A DNA stretch of 62,848 bases, counting the filler, from Trypethelium eluteriae (Eukaryota): NCBI GenBank assembly GCA_051942245.1. It is 2 parts of 2 records of this genome, joined end to end, with 100 filler letters (N's around TTAATTAATTAA, not from the genome) between each part and the next. Parts side by side here need not be neighbours in the genome. Positions count along the whole stretch, not along the records: positions 1 to 31,457 come from JAVECL010000274.1; 1 more part is not named here. One strand, given 5' to 3'. The notes beneath the pieces are model-generated. The model was not told where the DNA came from. It ran no database searches and saw nothing but the letters and a program-made list of their open reading frames with translations. Positions 11,042 through 23,431 of this stretch are shown in pieces. Position 1 is the first letter of the stretch. Every line of letters starts with the position of its first letter. Both the position numbers and the translations under genes were made by a program.

Positions 11042-12772
11042 GGCAAGGCACAACAAGCCATAGCGAGGCTGAAGAGGAGCGAGAATCAGGCGGTCCTCAG
11101 GTACGTCACGTCGCTGTATTATTGCTCACCTGCTCTGTAGACCAAAGCCCGACTTGTATACGTTGGATGCAGTAATACTCCGAATCCAGGTATCGTTTGA
11201 GAGGCACGGTCATGGGTGTAGAAAAGTTCCCGGGACAACCGTCATTCCGGCAGTGTGGATCTCCTTGTGAACCAAGCTTTACCAGAGCTTACGATATCTA
11301 ACTAAGCACGCTAAGTAACACTACGGGATGCACACTCATGAGTAGTGCCCTCGCACGCTCCTGCGATTGCCTCTTCAGAAAGTATGTAGCTGGCCTTTGA
11401 CCTATCCATTGAAGGAAGAAGCTCAATTCTAACGATTACTCTACCGCGAAGTTCATACTCTACGGTATCTGATTGTAGCCGAAAGAGCACCACCGACGCA
11501 AGCGATCTTAATATGAATCGTTTCATGCAGCTCTTCGCTTATGCATACACCTATACTTCCTCAAAGAAGTGCTACCTAGCTTTGAAGCGCTTAGCACCAT
11601 GATAGATTGCACTCTGTGCCCGAAAAATGTCGAGATGAGGCTTGCCAGTCTGACTTTACCAACTCCCATATACGGCCGAGCTGTTGAGTCTACCAGCCCA
11701 GACTCACAGTCGACAAGAAGATGCAAGCATCATCTTCATGACGATCTAGAGTATACATAGGAGTGGACGGGATTATCGAAACGTCTTCTTAACGCTCTCT
11801 GCGAAGAGCCAAGGGGCGCGACTCCCCATGCACTTTGGAGCGACCGTCGGAATGGCACATGTAACTCGGAGGGTGAGCCGAGTCCCCAATGAACGATTCT
11901 TCTCAACGAAGGAGCGAAAGCCCTCAAGAATAGACTCTCGGGGACAGATATTCTCTCCGCGCATGAGCGAGAGTTTGGTGTAGCGAGTCATAAGTCACTT
12001 ACCGGTTGAGATGCGAGAGCATTCACTGGAGATATATGGAACCATGACACCCAGGACTATTTACATGAAGTCTCGATATATCTGCCGGTCACCAGTTCTG
12101 AGATTCCATTATCCATGAGCTCCCATGGTCAGTAAGACGTCCGAGTTTATCTGCTCGAGTCTATCATAGTCAATCCACGATCGGGGAAAGTGGATTACAG
12201 ATCTAGATATTCTCAAGCCTGTTGATGTGTAGAGGTATATGTGGACGACCGATATCTCAGTGCAATCAGAGCATTAGATCTATTCGAAGAGTCTGATCGA
12301 TTGCGATAGATCGTTGGTCTGAGCTGATCTTCTAATCCAATCCAATGAAGGGAGAATCTCGTGATCAAGACCATTGATCTTACGCGAGGAGAGAGTTTTG
12401 GATTGGATGGAGACAGGAAATCACTGACCACAGACTACCCGGATCTCACATTTGGGGAGTTTAATTAGAGAGACCATCACTTGATACCTTTGGCTTCATG
12501 GGGCGAACGTGGTTTACCTTATCACGCAGGCTTGTCACAAGTGCATCAAGAGTATACCTATCTAGGTACGCATTGACACCAATTCTACGCCCCATCATCG
12601 ATCTCCAGCCCCACATCGGTGATCCACACGGTACAAGTCAATTCCTTAAAATTTCCAGTTCTTCAATCCAAAATTTGTGAATTGATTGTTCGAGTTCAAA
12701 GCATTGACTCGCTATATTGCCCTCTCAAGGGCCATCTTCGTTGCCATAATCTTGAACCCCACGTCGGCAGCC

Positions 12773-14389
12773 ATGTCGACTTCCACAAACATTACTGCGC
12801 AAGATATTGAGAGTATTCCTCCTGACCTGCTAAGCACCATGCCGTCCGGACCACCTCCACCAGGGGTGCAGCCGAACTTTGTTGACCCTCCTTCTCGAGC
12901 TCCAATCGTTTTGGGCGTTAGCAGCGCAGCCCTTGCTCTGGCTTGTCCATGCTTCTTCCTTCGCATCTACACAAAGCTCGCCATTGCGAAGAGATGGACC
13001 TGGGATGACTGTGAGTTAGCAATGAAGCAGGACTGACTCTTTCAAATGAATACGTAACTGACGGATATCAACAGTGACCTGCTCTTTAGGTTTTGTAAGC
13101 GTGCATGACGCTCCTACTACATACCAGGACCGGCAACTGACTCCCTTCTTAGGCGATTAGTATTCTGTGCTATGGAGAGATCGTCACTGGTGAGCAACTT
13201 CTCGCAGCCCTACTTTTCGCAGCCAGGCTGACCGTTTGAAGGCTGCATCAAAGGCGTAACAGGTAGGCACGTCTGGGACATTCCCCTTGCAAAAGTCGTG
13301 GACAAGACCAACCTCATGGTGCGTGCAGCGTAACTGTAAAAATGCTGCTCCGGGAACACTCTGCTAAGAATAGAATAGCATGACTACTTGACGACAGTCC
13401 TTGTGGTTGCGGGGCTGGGCTTGATTAAGTTGAGCCTCTTCATACAATACTACCTACTGTTCAGTCCTTTGAGATACGTCAGAATCAGTGTGTATATTGG
13501 TGCTACCATCCTAGTTATAAGCTACGTCTCGCTCACGATTACGGCGCTCGCCCTGGAATCTCCTTGGCCAGGACAATCGTGGCTCAGTGATGCATTGTCG
13601 AGACATTACCTTAAGTTTGAGCTGACCTCGATTCCTTGTGGTGTCGTTGGGCTGCTGTTCGACTGTTATCTCCTCGTGCTTCCGATGCCAGTCATCTGGA
13701 ACCTGAACATGTCCTGTGCGAAGAAATTTGGTGTAATGCTTGTCTTTATGACTGGCAGTCTGTAAGCTTTGACGTTACAGAGCTTCACTACAAAGACTGA
13801 TTGGCCCTCTTCATAGTGCTGTGGTTGCCTCCGTCCAGAGTCTACATTACCGCATCCTGTTCCAAGATGAATTCGTAGATTTACCGTGGAACGTCGCACA
13901 AGTTTTCCTGTGCTCGTAAGATGATCCATACCCAAAATTAACTCTGGTATATAGCTAAGGTTAGGCAGGCTGATTGAAATGTTCACCGGCGTCGCCGCTT
14001 CCAGCATGCCTGCTGTCAGACAGTTTTTCCATCACCACAATCTCTCACTCATGTCCTCGGCCCCGTGTTCAAGAGCCAATCTGCCACACTTGCGCACCAG
14101 CTCGATGAGGTCCACGCGAAAGAAGGTCCAGGACGACGATTCGAGCTTCAAGGATTTGATCAAAAGTAAGAGACGCGGTTCGGAGATTACCGACGGATTC
14201 AAAATGAGAGATCTAGACACTATATCCGACGAGCATAGGGGTCCGGCGGTCATCCAAAATGCGGACGCGTACATCAAGGTTCAGCAGGATGTCACTGTCA
14301 CTACCGCCCAGATAGAAAATCCGTCATCCAGGCCAGTAGCCGCCAGTCGCCATCTTCGATGGGACAATCAAGGAAAAACGAGAATGTGA
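12773..14389 (+). CDS. Second rhodopsin-domain / PTH11-like integral membrane protein
   Basis: PPPPGVQPNFVDPP, LRIYTK...WTWDD, GRHVWDI, IKLSLFIQY..LF, DCYLLVLPMPVIWNLNM...KKFGV, IEMFTGVAASSMP; several short introns and micro-exons at 13011-13380. Confidence 0.9.
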
Positions 14390-15368
14390 ACTTCACCACC
14401 CTGATACATACGAGCCCGTGGATAGGTCTGAGGACTTGATAGAATTAAATTGGCGATCTTTCTTGGAATAAACACAAGATAGATGCAAGGTAAATCATTG
14501 TTAGAAGCGATTACTGCTTTAGGTTGGAATAGTAAACACAGTGAATGTTCTACAATGGAGCTTGAGGTTAGACATACCTCACTCATGTTAGTAAAGTAGG
14601 TATATAATCCTGGCGAACGTCGAAGATCCGACAGCACTGTGCACGTGTTCGAGTCGAGGAGCCATGTACCTTAAGTACGCGTGCCAATTACTTGCGAGAC
14701 GGGTGGCGCCGCACTCCAACCCCTCTCTCCTAGCTCTATCGTTCCAGATGCAGATGACAAGCGCGAGCTGCACCTAAATAGAGCTGAACCTGACGAGCCA
14801 TAATCCCGCGCGAGCACCGCTATCCCATCCCCATTGCAATACACCAAAGCGGCACAGCGCAGCGTCTTCCATGGACGGAATGTAATACAGTAATAGCAAC
14901 CAGCGAAGGTAAGTTCAATCTGGGTGGGGGTCCTAAGAACCTGTTTCACAAAAAGCACACACTGCGATCGCATTCAAGGCTGGACTATAAGGCATTGAGG
15001 TTCAATTAAGCTGAATATTCTGCAGAGTGACAAATGAGGGAAGGGAGCTGATGTAGGCAGTCTGTTGAGCGAGAATAGAGTTCATCGCACTACTAGAGCC
15101 TCGAGTATTAGTTGCTCGGCATTCAAAGTCCTTCAATGGCATTGCAAGTTGTAGGAAAATGAATCTAGTCCGACAGTGAACATGTCGTCCGTGTAAATGC
15201 ACGGCCAGGAATCTTCGTTGCGAAAGAAAGCTTGCAAAGAAGCATTCAGGTTCGCATCAATTAATGTCCCTTCCATGCAGTGTCCAGTCCTCAATGTCCT
15301 CCGTTCAAGTCCCTAATATTCCACCGCCCCATATCGCCCTCTTCCCCCTCTCCGTAGCCGTCCAGTGT

Positions 15369-17774
15369 TTAGAAAGGTGGTGGTCCTCCGAAACGCAACC
15401 GGCTATCGTATCCAGCCCTGCGTTCTGTTTCATCATATCTGGCGTAGCGGACATCAGAAGCGATGGGTCGATAGCGTGGATCTCGTCCGACCCTCGACGG
15501 GGGTGCGCCCCACTCTTCGCCAAAGAAGCTTCTTGATCCGGTATTCGTCTTGTCAACACACCACTCAGGGGGGTTCCCGAAGCGGTGCAAGTAGTCATGT
15601 CCAGAATGCGGCCCTTTAGCATATGATACAACGGTATCATATAGTGCGGAGAGCAAGCCATTGGCAATGGGATTGTCCGTCTTGTTGCGTGGCGGATAAG
15701 AGTTAGAGGCGTTCTGAGTGGCGGCACGAAAATTATCTTCGAAGCGTTTCTTGCCACCCCTAGGATCACGAGACTCCCACCAGTCGTCTAGTTGTTTTTC
15801 ACGAGAAGGCTGGGGTTCGTTGTCGAAAACATCGGCGGTATAGATTGGGTGATAAACAGGCCGCATTGGACGTTCTTCGTCGGGTTCACTAACACCAAGA
15901 TGATTGCGAAAGTCGGTAGCCGATGGTGAAAATGTTTGTCCTGCGGTCTGACGTCCGCGCATGGGTTCCGTTTCACGCATATTGTTCGCTGGATTTGCAG
16001 AAATTGGCACATTCTGATGACCAAACTGGTTCGTGTAGACCTGTTCAGATGTACGCAGAGGATCGTGAAGTACAGTGCGGGTGATGGGGCGGTTAGAATC
16101 GTGCTTCGGGCTCCGATGTAGCTCAGGACTGGAATGGTTTGTCCTGCCGTATCTACCTAGGTCCATAGGGGCATCAAAATGTCTCTCGTTACTATACGGC
16201 AAGCAAACCTTGAGGTCTGTCTTTGGTCTTTCGGAAGTCATCTGCTCCCCTCGATATATATTAGTAGAGCTGCCTTGCAACGTGAGTGACTGCTGCGGTT
16301 GCCCAGAGGTTGGCGCGCTTGGAGGGGCCGTGAAAACGTCTTCCAGGCTCTTGTTTGGAATTGTAGGATGAAAAGAAGAAGCTGGCACTGTTGTATGACG
16401 ACGGAAGGGATCCACCGTAATGTTGTCGTGGCTTAGGATGGATTTCGTTCTCGAAAGACCATCACCTCTGCTTGTGGCATCAGATTCGTATTCGCCTGTT
16501 TGGTATGCATCTGACATTTTTGGCAGGTATTTCGATATAGACCAGGTATGCGTATTGTTCAATGGCTGATAAGTCCTGGGCGATGCCGTAGGTGAGGTGA
16601 AGAGGGAGCAGCCTTTGCCTAGACAAGGAGCTTCATTCGCCAAGTTCTGGGTTGTGAAGGGTTGAGGATCTGAATGTCCCTGGGGTTGTGGGACTGGGTG
16701 CGGACGTTGACGCGCTACCAAGAATTTTGAATCATCAAAAACGCTTTGCGCAAGATCTTGATCCCGATAATCTCCGGGTAGCGTCTTGAATTCAGATCCT
16801 GGCTGGCGCTGCAAAGCAACAGCGCGAAAGTAGGCTACGATGTCGAGTTGAGAGAGCATGCTTGACGACTGACCTTTGATCCTGTCTGATGCTAGTTGGC
16901 CTTCTATTCGCTTTCGCGTATTTGAGTACTGTCCAAGGTTTGTCCATTGGTAGAGAGATGCTGTCCACTGGTGGGCAGACACGTCACCGTTTGGGTGCTG
17001 GATGAATTGGACCTGTCCATCCAATGATCCAGTGTTATGTTGTAGGTAATCTGGTCCCGGCAAAGAATCCCCAAACACCTTCAGGACTTCATTTCTGTTA
17101 TGTGAAGTCGACAATTGAAAGTTCGTGGAGCCTGAGTGATTGCCATATGTTGAGCTTTGGGTGATTGATATCGGAACCTTCGGTGCTAATGACTGAGATT
17201 GTCGTTGTTGATCTGAAGGATTATAATGGTAATTTGAATCTGCGTAAGGACTCTCTGTGCTTGGAAGCAGCGAGGAAGAAGCCCAGACTTGTGTCGATCG
17301 GGCCAAAGCCTCTCCACCAGTACGCTCGAATTCGGCTTGACCTGAGGATTGTTCGCGATGTTCCAGGCCGACACTCGCGCCGGTAGTATTTAGGGGCTCG
17401 ATATCTGCATCATCTATTTTAGTCAAGTCAAGTGGCCGCCATGATTTGGCGCCCCTCGCCCTGTTCGATGATCTCGTGTTCATGGGTCCGGGAGCTGGAC
17501 TCAACCGTGATGTGCAATAGACCTGTTCTTCAACGAATTCAAGCCCGTTTCCATCCGTTCGTGTAGAATCTGGATCAGCAGCACAAGTTCGTTCGGCAAA
17601 AGAGCGAGCAGTAGAGGTGGAGCTCGATCGCCCCGTGGTTGAACCAGGATGTGAAGTAGCTACAGGATCGATGCGAGGGACTGATGACCAGGACGTACAT
17701 TGATCATTGGGCGCGGTTGAATGAACGGAATACGATTCGTTGCCGTTATCCCGAATGACTGCGAAAGGTATCAT
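15369..17774 (-). CDS. Fungal hypothetical protein (~800 aa), largely low-complexity, with a Doa1-like segment and a conserved-looking C-terminal motif; start uncertain
   Basis: 801-codon ORF; the frame stays open to ~17890 upstream, so a further exon is possible. C-terminal block FGNPPEWCVDK...SFFGEEWGAPPSRVGRDPRY. Confidence 0.8.
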   Translation of the reverse strand: MIPFAVIRDNGNESYSVHSTAPNDQCTSWSSVPRIDPVATSHPGSTTGRSSSTSTARSFAERTCAADPDSTRTDGNGLEFVEEQVYCTSRLSPAPGPMNTRSSNRARGAKSWRPLDLTKIDDADIEPLNTTGASVGLEHREQSSGQAEFERTGGEALARSTQVWASSSLLPSTESPYADSNYHYNPSDQQRQSQSLAPKVPISITQSSTYGNHSGSTNFQLSTSHNRNEVLKVFGDSLPGPDYLQHNTGSLDGQVQFIQHPNGDVSAHQWTASLYQWTNLGQYSNTRKRIEGQLASDRIKGQSSSMLSQLDIVAYFRAVALQRQPGSEFKTLPGDYRDQDLAQSVFDDSKFLVARQRPHPVPQPQGHSDPQPFTTQNLANEAPCLGKGCSLFTSPTASPRTYQPLNNTHTWSISKYLPKMSDAYQTGEYESDATSRGDGLSRTKSILSHDNITVDPFRRHTTVPASSFHPTIPNKSLEDVFTAPPSAPTSGQPQQSLTLQGSSTNIYRGEQMTSERPKTDLKVCLPYSNERHFDAPMDLGRYGRTNHSSPELHRSPKHDSNRPITRTVLHDPLRTSEQVYTNQFGHQNVPISANPANNMRETEPMRGRQTAGQTFSPSATDFRNHLGVSEPDEERPMRPVYHPIYTADVFDNEPQPSREKQLDDWWESRDPRGGKKRFEDNFRAATQNASNSYPPRNKTDNPIANGLLSALYDTVVSYAKGPHSGHDYLHRFGNPPEWCVDKTNTGSRSFFGEEWGAPPSRVGRDPRYRPIASDVRYARYDETERRAGYDSRLRFGGPPPF

Positions 17775-19154
17775 ACGAGCCTGGGGCTGGGGAGCAGCAG
17801 ATTGAGTGGCCCAGGCATGATCGGGAGACGCAAAGCGATTCTGGTGTATGGCAGAGGAATCTTTGAGCCTAGCGGCGTTGCGTCGCCTAGCTATAGCCAG
17901 AACTACGTCAGTGCTGTGGCCATCATCACAGCTTTTAAGAGTGGAGCCAACGTACGACGTGACCTACGCGCCAGTTTGACGGTCTTGTCGAAGAATGTCG
18001 AGGAATGTCACAAGGCAGAATGAGGACTGAACCGCATTCGTGTCGCGGATGGCGAAAGTGAGAGAGATAGGTAAGGTAACGTAAGGTAGGATCCTAGATC
18101 CGATGGGTCTGGGGCCCAGGAGGTTGGGAGAGTGAAAGTGAAGACCATCACATCTTAGAGGGCAGCTGCCATTGCCCTCCAGATTTGGCAACCCCAACAC
18201 AACCTCCATTGCAGGCAACCGTGATCGAGCCTCCTTCCATTCTTTTCTGCGTACCTAAGGTAAGGTACCTAACGCACCAGCTTGGGCTTTTCCTTTTTAT
18301 CTTCACGCCCAGCTTCATCAATGCAGTACACCGGTCATGTTTTCAAGACAGTAACACCGCTTTCAGGTGTTTGCTGGTGACCTCAATTCCCCTCCTGATT
18401 GCCTGTTCATTTACAGACCTTTTCAGGCCTCATTTCGCTTGGGACGATGTCACTTGGGCCACTCTTGAGTCATGTTCAAGTCACAAATATCTTTAAGTAC
18501 GATGCAGGAGCCGAATTTCGATGAAGTCGTTTCTCGGGAATGTTAAGGGACATGTTCAGCAGATCAGTAGTATCCAAAGCAAGCTATGGCGATCTCTTCG
18601 TGTGGTGTTCAGGTCGCCAAGCTTCGCGGCTCAAAGGCATGTTCAGTCATTCTACCTGCGCATCAGCCAGCCCGAGCGTGCATGCGGTCTCTTGGAGCAA
18701 AGACGGGTAAAGAGAATGAAGATTACAGTCAGTTCATTTATCTAGATGAGCGGATGACGGGATGAAACAGGGGGAAGACGCAAACGAGGGTCAGGGTGGC
18801 CTCTGCAAAGACCCGTCTCTACGCTCCCCTGGGATTTTATCCGCTGCAACCCCACATGCACTAATCCACCACTAAGAAAAAAAATCGCTGAGCTTCCTGG
18901 ACTGGCAATGAGGTAATCTCGTATAAATCTTGCTCTGTCTGCAGCGATGACTTACTTCACGTTCCTCAGCCTTCTTTGTTCGCCGGCTGTAGGTGTGGCG
19001 CGTTGCCTTGATTCCCACAAAAGTCACTGCGCATGACTCTCGTTTTGAGCTTCAGCCGCCAACAACCACGAATTCGCGTCAGTCCTGGGGTCCTCAGTTC
19101 AATTTCCTTGCCAACGTTACCTTCTACATTTTAGAGCGCTTAGAGTCATTCGCC

Positions 19155-20509
19155 ATGGGTTTACTTAGGTTTTCCTCGACACTTCTTGCATCATTCATAA
19201 CACTCGGCCAAGCAACGAATCTCTATGTATCTTCGTACAATGGGAGTATCACAACGCTTGCATTGACCAGCCAGAATGGCTCATACCAGCTCCGATCCGT
19301 GTACGAGAATGCTGGTTGTTCCCCTAATCCATCATGGTTGAACTTAGACCAACCTCATGGCTATCTTTACTGCCAAGATGAAGGGCTCACGGTTGCAAAT
19401 GGCTCATTGAGTTCTTTTTCTGTCGCCGAAGATGGCGAGCTTACCCTGGTAGACAAGGCTGCGACAATAACTGGACCCGTCAATTCTGTGATTTACGGAA
19501 ATCGTACAGGCCTTCGGTCGATTGCTCTAGCCCACTAGTAAGCAGATCGTTCATATCTGCATCAAACTTACAATCATTCCACTAACAACAGAAACCAGTG
19601 CAGGAAGCGCCGTCAGCAGCTGGACCTTAAGCCCCAACGGCACCTTCTCCTTCCTGCAATCCGAATTCTTCACCCTCGCCCAACCAGGCCCCGTCCCCTC
19701 CCGACAAGACGCTCCGCACCCGCACGAGACCATCCTCGATCCCACCGGCCAATTCATCCTCGTGCCCGACCTCGGCGCCGACCTCGTGCGCATCTTTGGC
19801 TTCGACGCCACCACCGAGCGTCTGACGGAGCTCACGCCCCTGAAAGTCGTCCCGGGCTCGGGGCCTCGCCACGGCGCCTTCTGGACCCCGGATGGTGTCT
19901 CCGGCGGCAACAGCACCACCTTCCTGTATATCGTCACCGAGCTCGGCCAGACCGTCACTTCGTACGCCGTCTCGTATCCCGCGGCGGGCGGCTTGGCCTT
20001 CGAGGAGGTCTACACCTCCAAGACGTACGGGGCCAATCGGACGGAGCCGGCAGGGACGGCGCCGGCGGAGGTTGCGATCTCGGTATGTTCCCTCCCTGTT
20101 TGTCTCTTTTCCACTCGTGTCTGAGTGGTGGGGGAGGTAGGCGAATGGCTGCTGACTTTTCGAATAGCCTGATAACCGGTTCCTTGTCATCTCGAATCGC
20201 AATGACTCTGCTTTCTCGATCCAGAGCCCTGGCGCTGATAACTCTAGCAGCGTCGAGCTCTCGGATTCGCTCTCGACCTTCCAGCTCAACCAGGATGGTA
20301 CGCTGACTTTCCGCCAGCTCGCTCCGGCGGGAGGATCGTACCCGCGCCAGTTCTCGCTGAATAAGGTTGGCGATCTGGTCGCGGTAGGCCTGCAATACAG
20401 CGGGCGTGTGGTGATTTTCAAGCGGGATGTCGAGAGCGGTTTGGTTGGGGATTCAGTGGGTGTGGTGCAGGGGCTAGGGAATGTGACGTGTGTGGTTTGG
20501 GATGAATAG
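19155..20509 (+). CDS. Secreted 7-bladed beta-propeller lactonase (6-phosphogluconolactonase / carboxy-muconate cyclase family)
   Basis: Signal peptide MGLLRFSSTLLASFITLGQA; RQDAPHPHETILDPTGQFILVPDLGADLVR, PGSGPRH, AEVAIS, SNR, GGSYPRQF; introns at ~19538-19598 and ~20083-20168. Confidence 0.92.
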
Positions 20510-21407
20510 AGGACCAGAGGTGTTCTGGGGCACTAGGGCACTAGAGGCGAAATGCTAGATGGTTGGTGATATGGATGTAGTTTATCAGTGTACATATTGG
20601 AACTGGACGAATGACATTAGACAACCAAGCGCTCAACGAGCTGTCAATAATTTTTTGATACTCCCGGCTTTGGGTTTCTCTGCTATGCTATGCCCTGCGG
20701 CACATTGTTTTGATGTCTGTACAAGTAAGTACGATAACGATAGGAAAGATGCGTTCAGCATGCTTATTCGCCTGCTCAGTCAATCTATAAGTGGAGCGGG
20801 TCACTGCTAGATGTTGCTCATTTCAAGACAGCTATGCGCGTCTATATACATATATACATGATGCCGCCAAGAAATGAAACGGGGGACGACCTTCGCTTGC
20901 CGCCGCAAAACCGCAAATCTGTTAAAAGCACATCGCGATCCAGTAATCTACGGTGCTCAATTCCAGAGAAGAAGGGCCAGATTTACCTCCTCGCATGCAA
21001 TGATAAAATTAGAATCGAGCGAAAAAGGCGCCATTGAGGAACGCGGGGGGATCGCACGGATGATGACAAGTACACCGCTATTCACCAAGATTTCAAGGAA
21101 AACCTATGTCTAGGTCGATAGACAGGGTATACAGAGCTCTCAGATGCGGTGGTTTATACGCTAGTCAAGTTGAGTCAAAACGTCAACTCAGACCAGGGCT
21201 CTAGGAATGCCGGGGCCAAATCGGCAATGTCAAAACAAGACGGTGAAGGAGAGTTGAGAGAATAAAACAACAACCCGTGAGGTATCGAACGCCATATCAG
21301 ATGCCAATAAGGATTACGCAGATTAAAAGAGACGTAGCGGTAGGTGCTTCGACCGTCGAAAGGAGATACCAGAGTCGACAGAATGCAGAATAGAGTGGAT
21401 CACAAAG

Positions 21408-23431
21408 TTACGGAACCAGATAGATCTTCGTTCCCTTCGCTCCGCTGAGGGCACTAAGAGAAGGGCTCGGCAAGTCCCTTCTTGGATCCTTCGACCGATG
21501 CACATCGCTCCTCGAAGCCATCCGCGACACAGGTCCGATGGATATTTCAGCAGCGAATTCTTCCGGCCACTTGACCCCACGAATAGGGCCTTTGAATGCG
21601 ACCTCGGTGTCACGCTCAAGCGCCTTGCGCCAACTCGTCTCTTGGAGGTCCCAGCGTGCTTGTAAACGTCGCCGCTTGACTTTGGCCCACTCTTCGAGAT
21701 CTTGTAGTTCAGATGAGAAGCCCTTTTTGAGTTCTTGGAGCTCCTGCTCGTGGAGGAGTGCAAATTTAGCCAGTTCAAGTTCGTTGTTCTTCTGCCTCCG
21801 TCGCAAGCGCTGGGCTTGCTCGCCGCGCAAGACATTGATAGCCGATGCATGCTTGGCTGGTAAGTTGTCACGCAGCCAATATTGCTTCGACAGTTCTTTA
21901 AGGTCCTGCTCGGTGACTTTATGTTGAGAATTGGAGCTTGGTGAGGAAGGAGATGCGATGGAGGGTAGAGATGTTTGAGACGAAGATTGGTCGTTGAAAA
22001 AGGTGAGGGTTACGGAAAGAGGACGGGGTGTGGTGGGATTACTGTTCGAGTTGCTGCTGGAATTGCAGTAGGCCTCCATATGGCGAAGTGCCAGATCACA
22101 TGCTCGAGATTCGGCTTCCTGAGTAGCCACCAGGTCGAGTTCATCGCTGACATGCTTCTCTTCCACAGTGGCAACCGTTTCGATTTGCTGTGATTGATGA
22201 GTGTGTCAGTGGTGGACATTGGTGTGGAAAACGACATGCAATGACAATCCTCACCTTTTCTTCGAGCTTGTCTCTGGCTTCTTGTTGTTCCACAAGCACC
22301 TCGCCCCGGCGATCTTCATGCCTCAGTGCCATGGTTTGCCGTTGTTTGCTGAGGAACGCCAGAAAACGATCGCGCTCGTGCTCGTGACGTTGCCGGAGCT
22401 CCCGAAAATCCGTCATTTCACTTGCTCGCTCAAGATTCCTTAATGCCTCCGCATCCGGACAGTAGTTGGAAGACTCATTGGAAAATGTCCGTCCATGAAG
22501 ACGTAGGGATGGACGCCCTCTTTCGTTCAAGATACCGTCAAGTGGCTCCGGTAAGCTTGAGAATGACATGCTATCATCCCACATCGACATATTGTTCAAA
22601 AACTCTTGGAGTTGTTCAGTAGTGAGGACTCTTTCTATCAACTTCCCAGGAATAGGTGTGTCACAGCAATTAGGGGGAAGTCTCGACTCATCAGCCATGG
22701 AGTCTTTGATGATTTTCCGTAAAGTTGGACCGCAGTAGGAGTGCTGGCAGGGAAGCGTGTAAAGGGGGTGATTTGGCCGATCTCGAGGACAACAGGGACA
22801 TGAGCTATAGTTGAGCGAAGTAATTAGCATAGGCCGCAAATTATATTTGGAGATTGCGTCCTTACGGTGGCGCGTCAGTGAAGGAAGGTGCTCGTGACTG
22901 GCGCTTTAGCTTTGACCATTGACTGAGCCCTCGCATTCTACTAAAATGTCTTCGAGAAGAGCCCAGTGGGAGAAAGGTCGTCGATTGAGGCGGCGTTGAT
23001 GCTGGTGTGGAGGGGGTACTCCTTGAGCCTGGTTTGATCTGTCCCACAACCGCATCATAGTCTTTGACGGATAGGGAAATTTGCGAAGGCATACGGTGGT
23101 AGAGAGGACGGTTGGGAACGCCATTTTGACCATATTGCTGTTCCTTAGAGCTGCGCGAGACGTCAGAGGTGAGACCAGTGGAATGCGAGCCTCGGGATCC
23201 AATTGAAGCTGATCTTCGGGGTGGATTGGTTACGGTCAAGCCGGAAAAGTTTGAAGCCAGCTCTTGAAGGATGGCCATACTGTACGGCTCAATACCAAGG
23301 TCGCGAGCCTCAGAGGTACATCTTGCGTCCAGATCATCCTCATTACTCCCATCTGTAAGCTGCAGAACCTCGAATTCGTAAGAACGCTCGCGGGGTAGTT
23401 CCGAGGCTGACGTAGGAAGCTGACGGAACAT
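21408..23431 (-). CDS. Protein with an RBR-type RING1-like Cys/His motif followed by coiled-coil
   Basis: Three exons; CPCC...LPCQHSYC...DESRLPPNCC, then heptad-rich segments including ALRHMEAYC and KHASAINVLRGEQ. Confidence 0.75.

Noticed and set aside
11300..12450. Long spacer with short ORFs, possible degenerate element
   Set aside because: No mobile-element motifs or repeats found.
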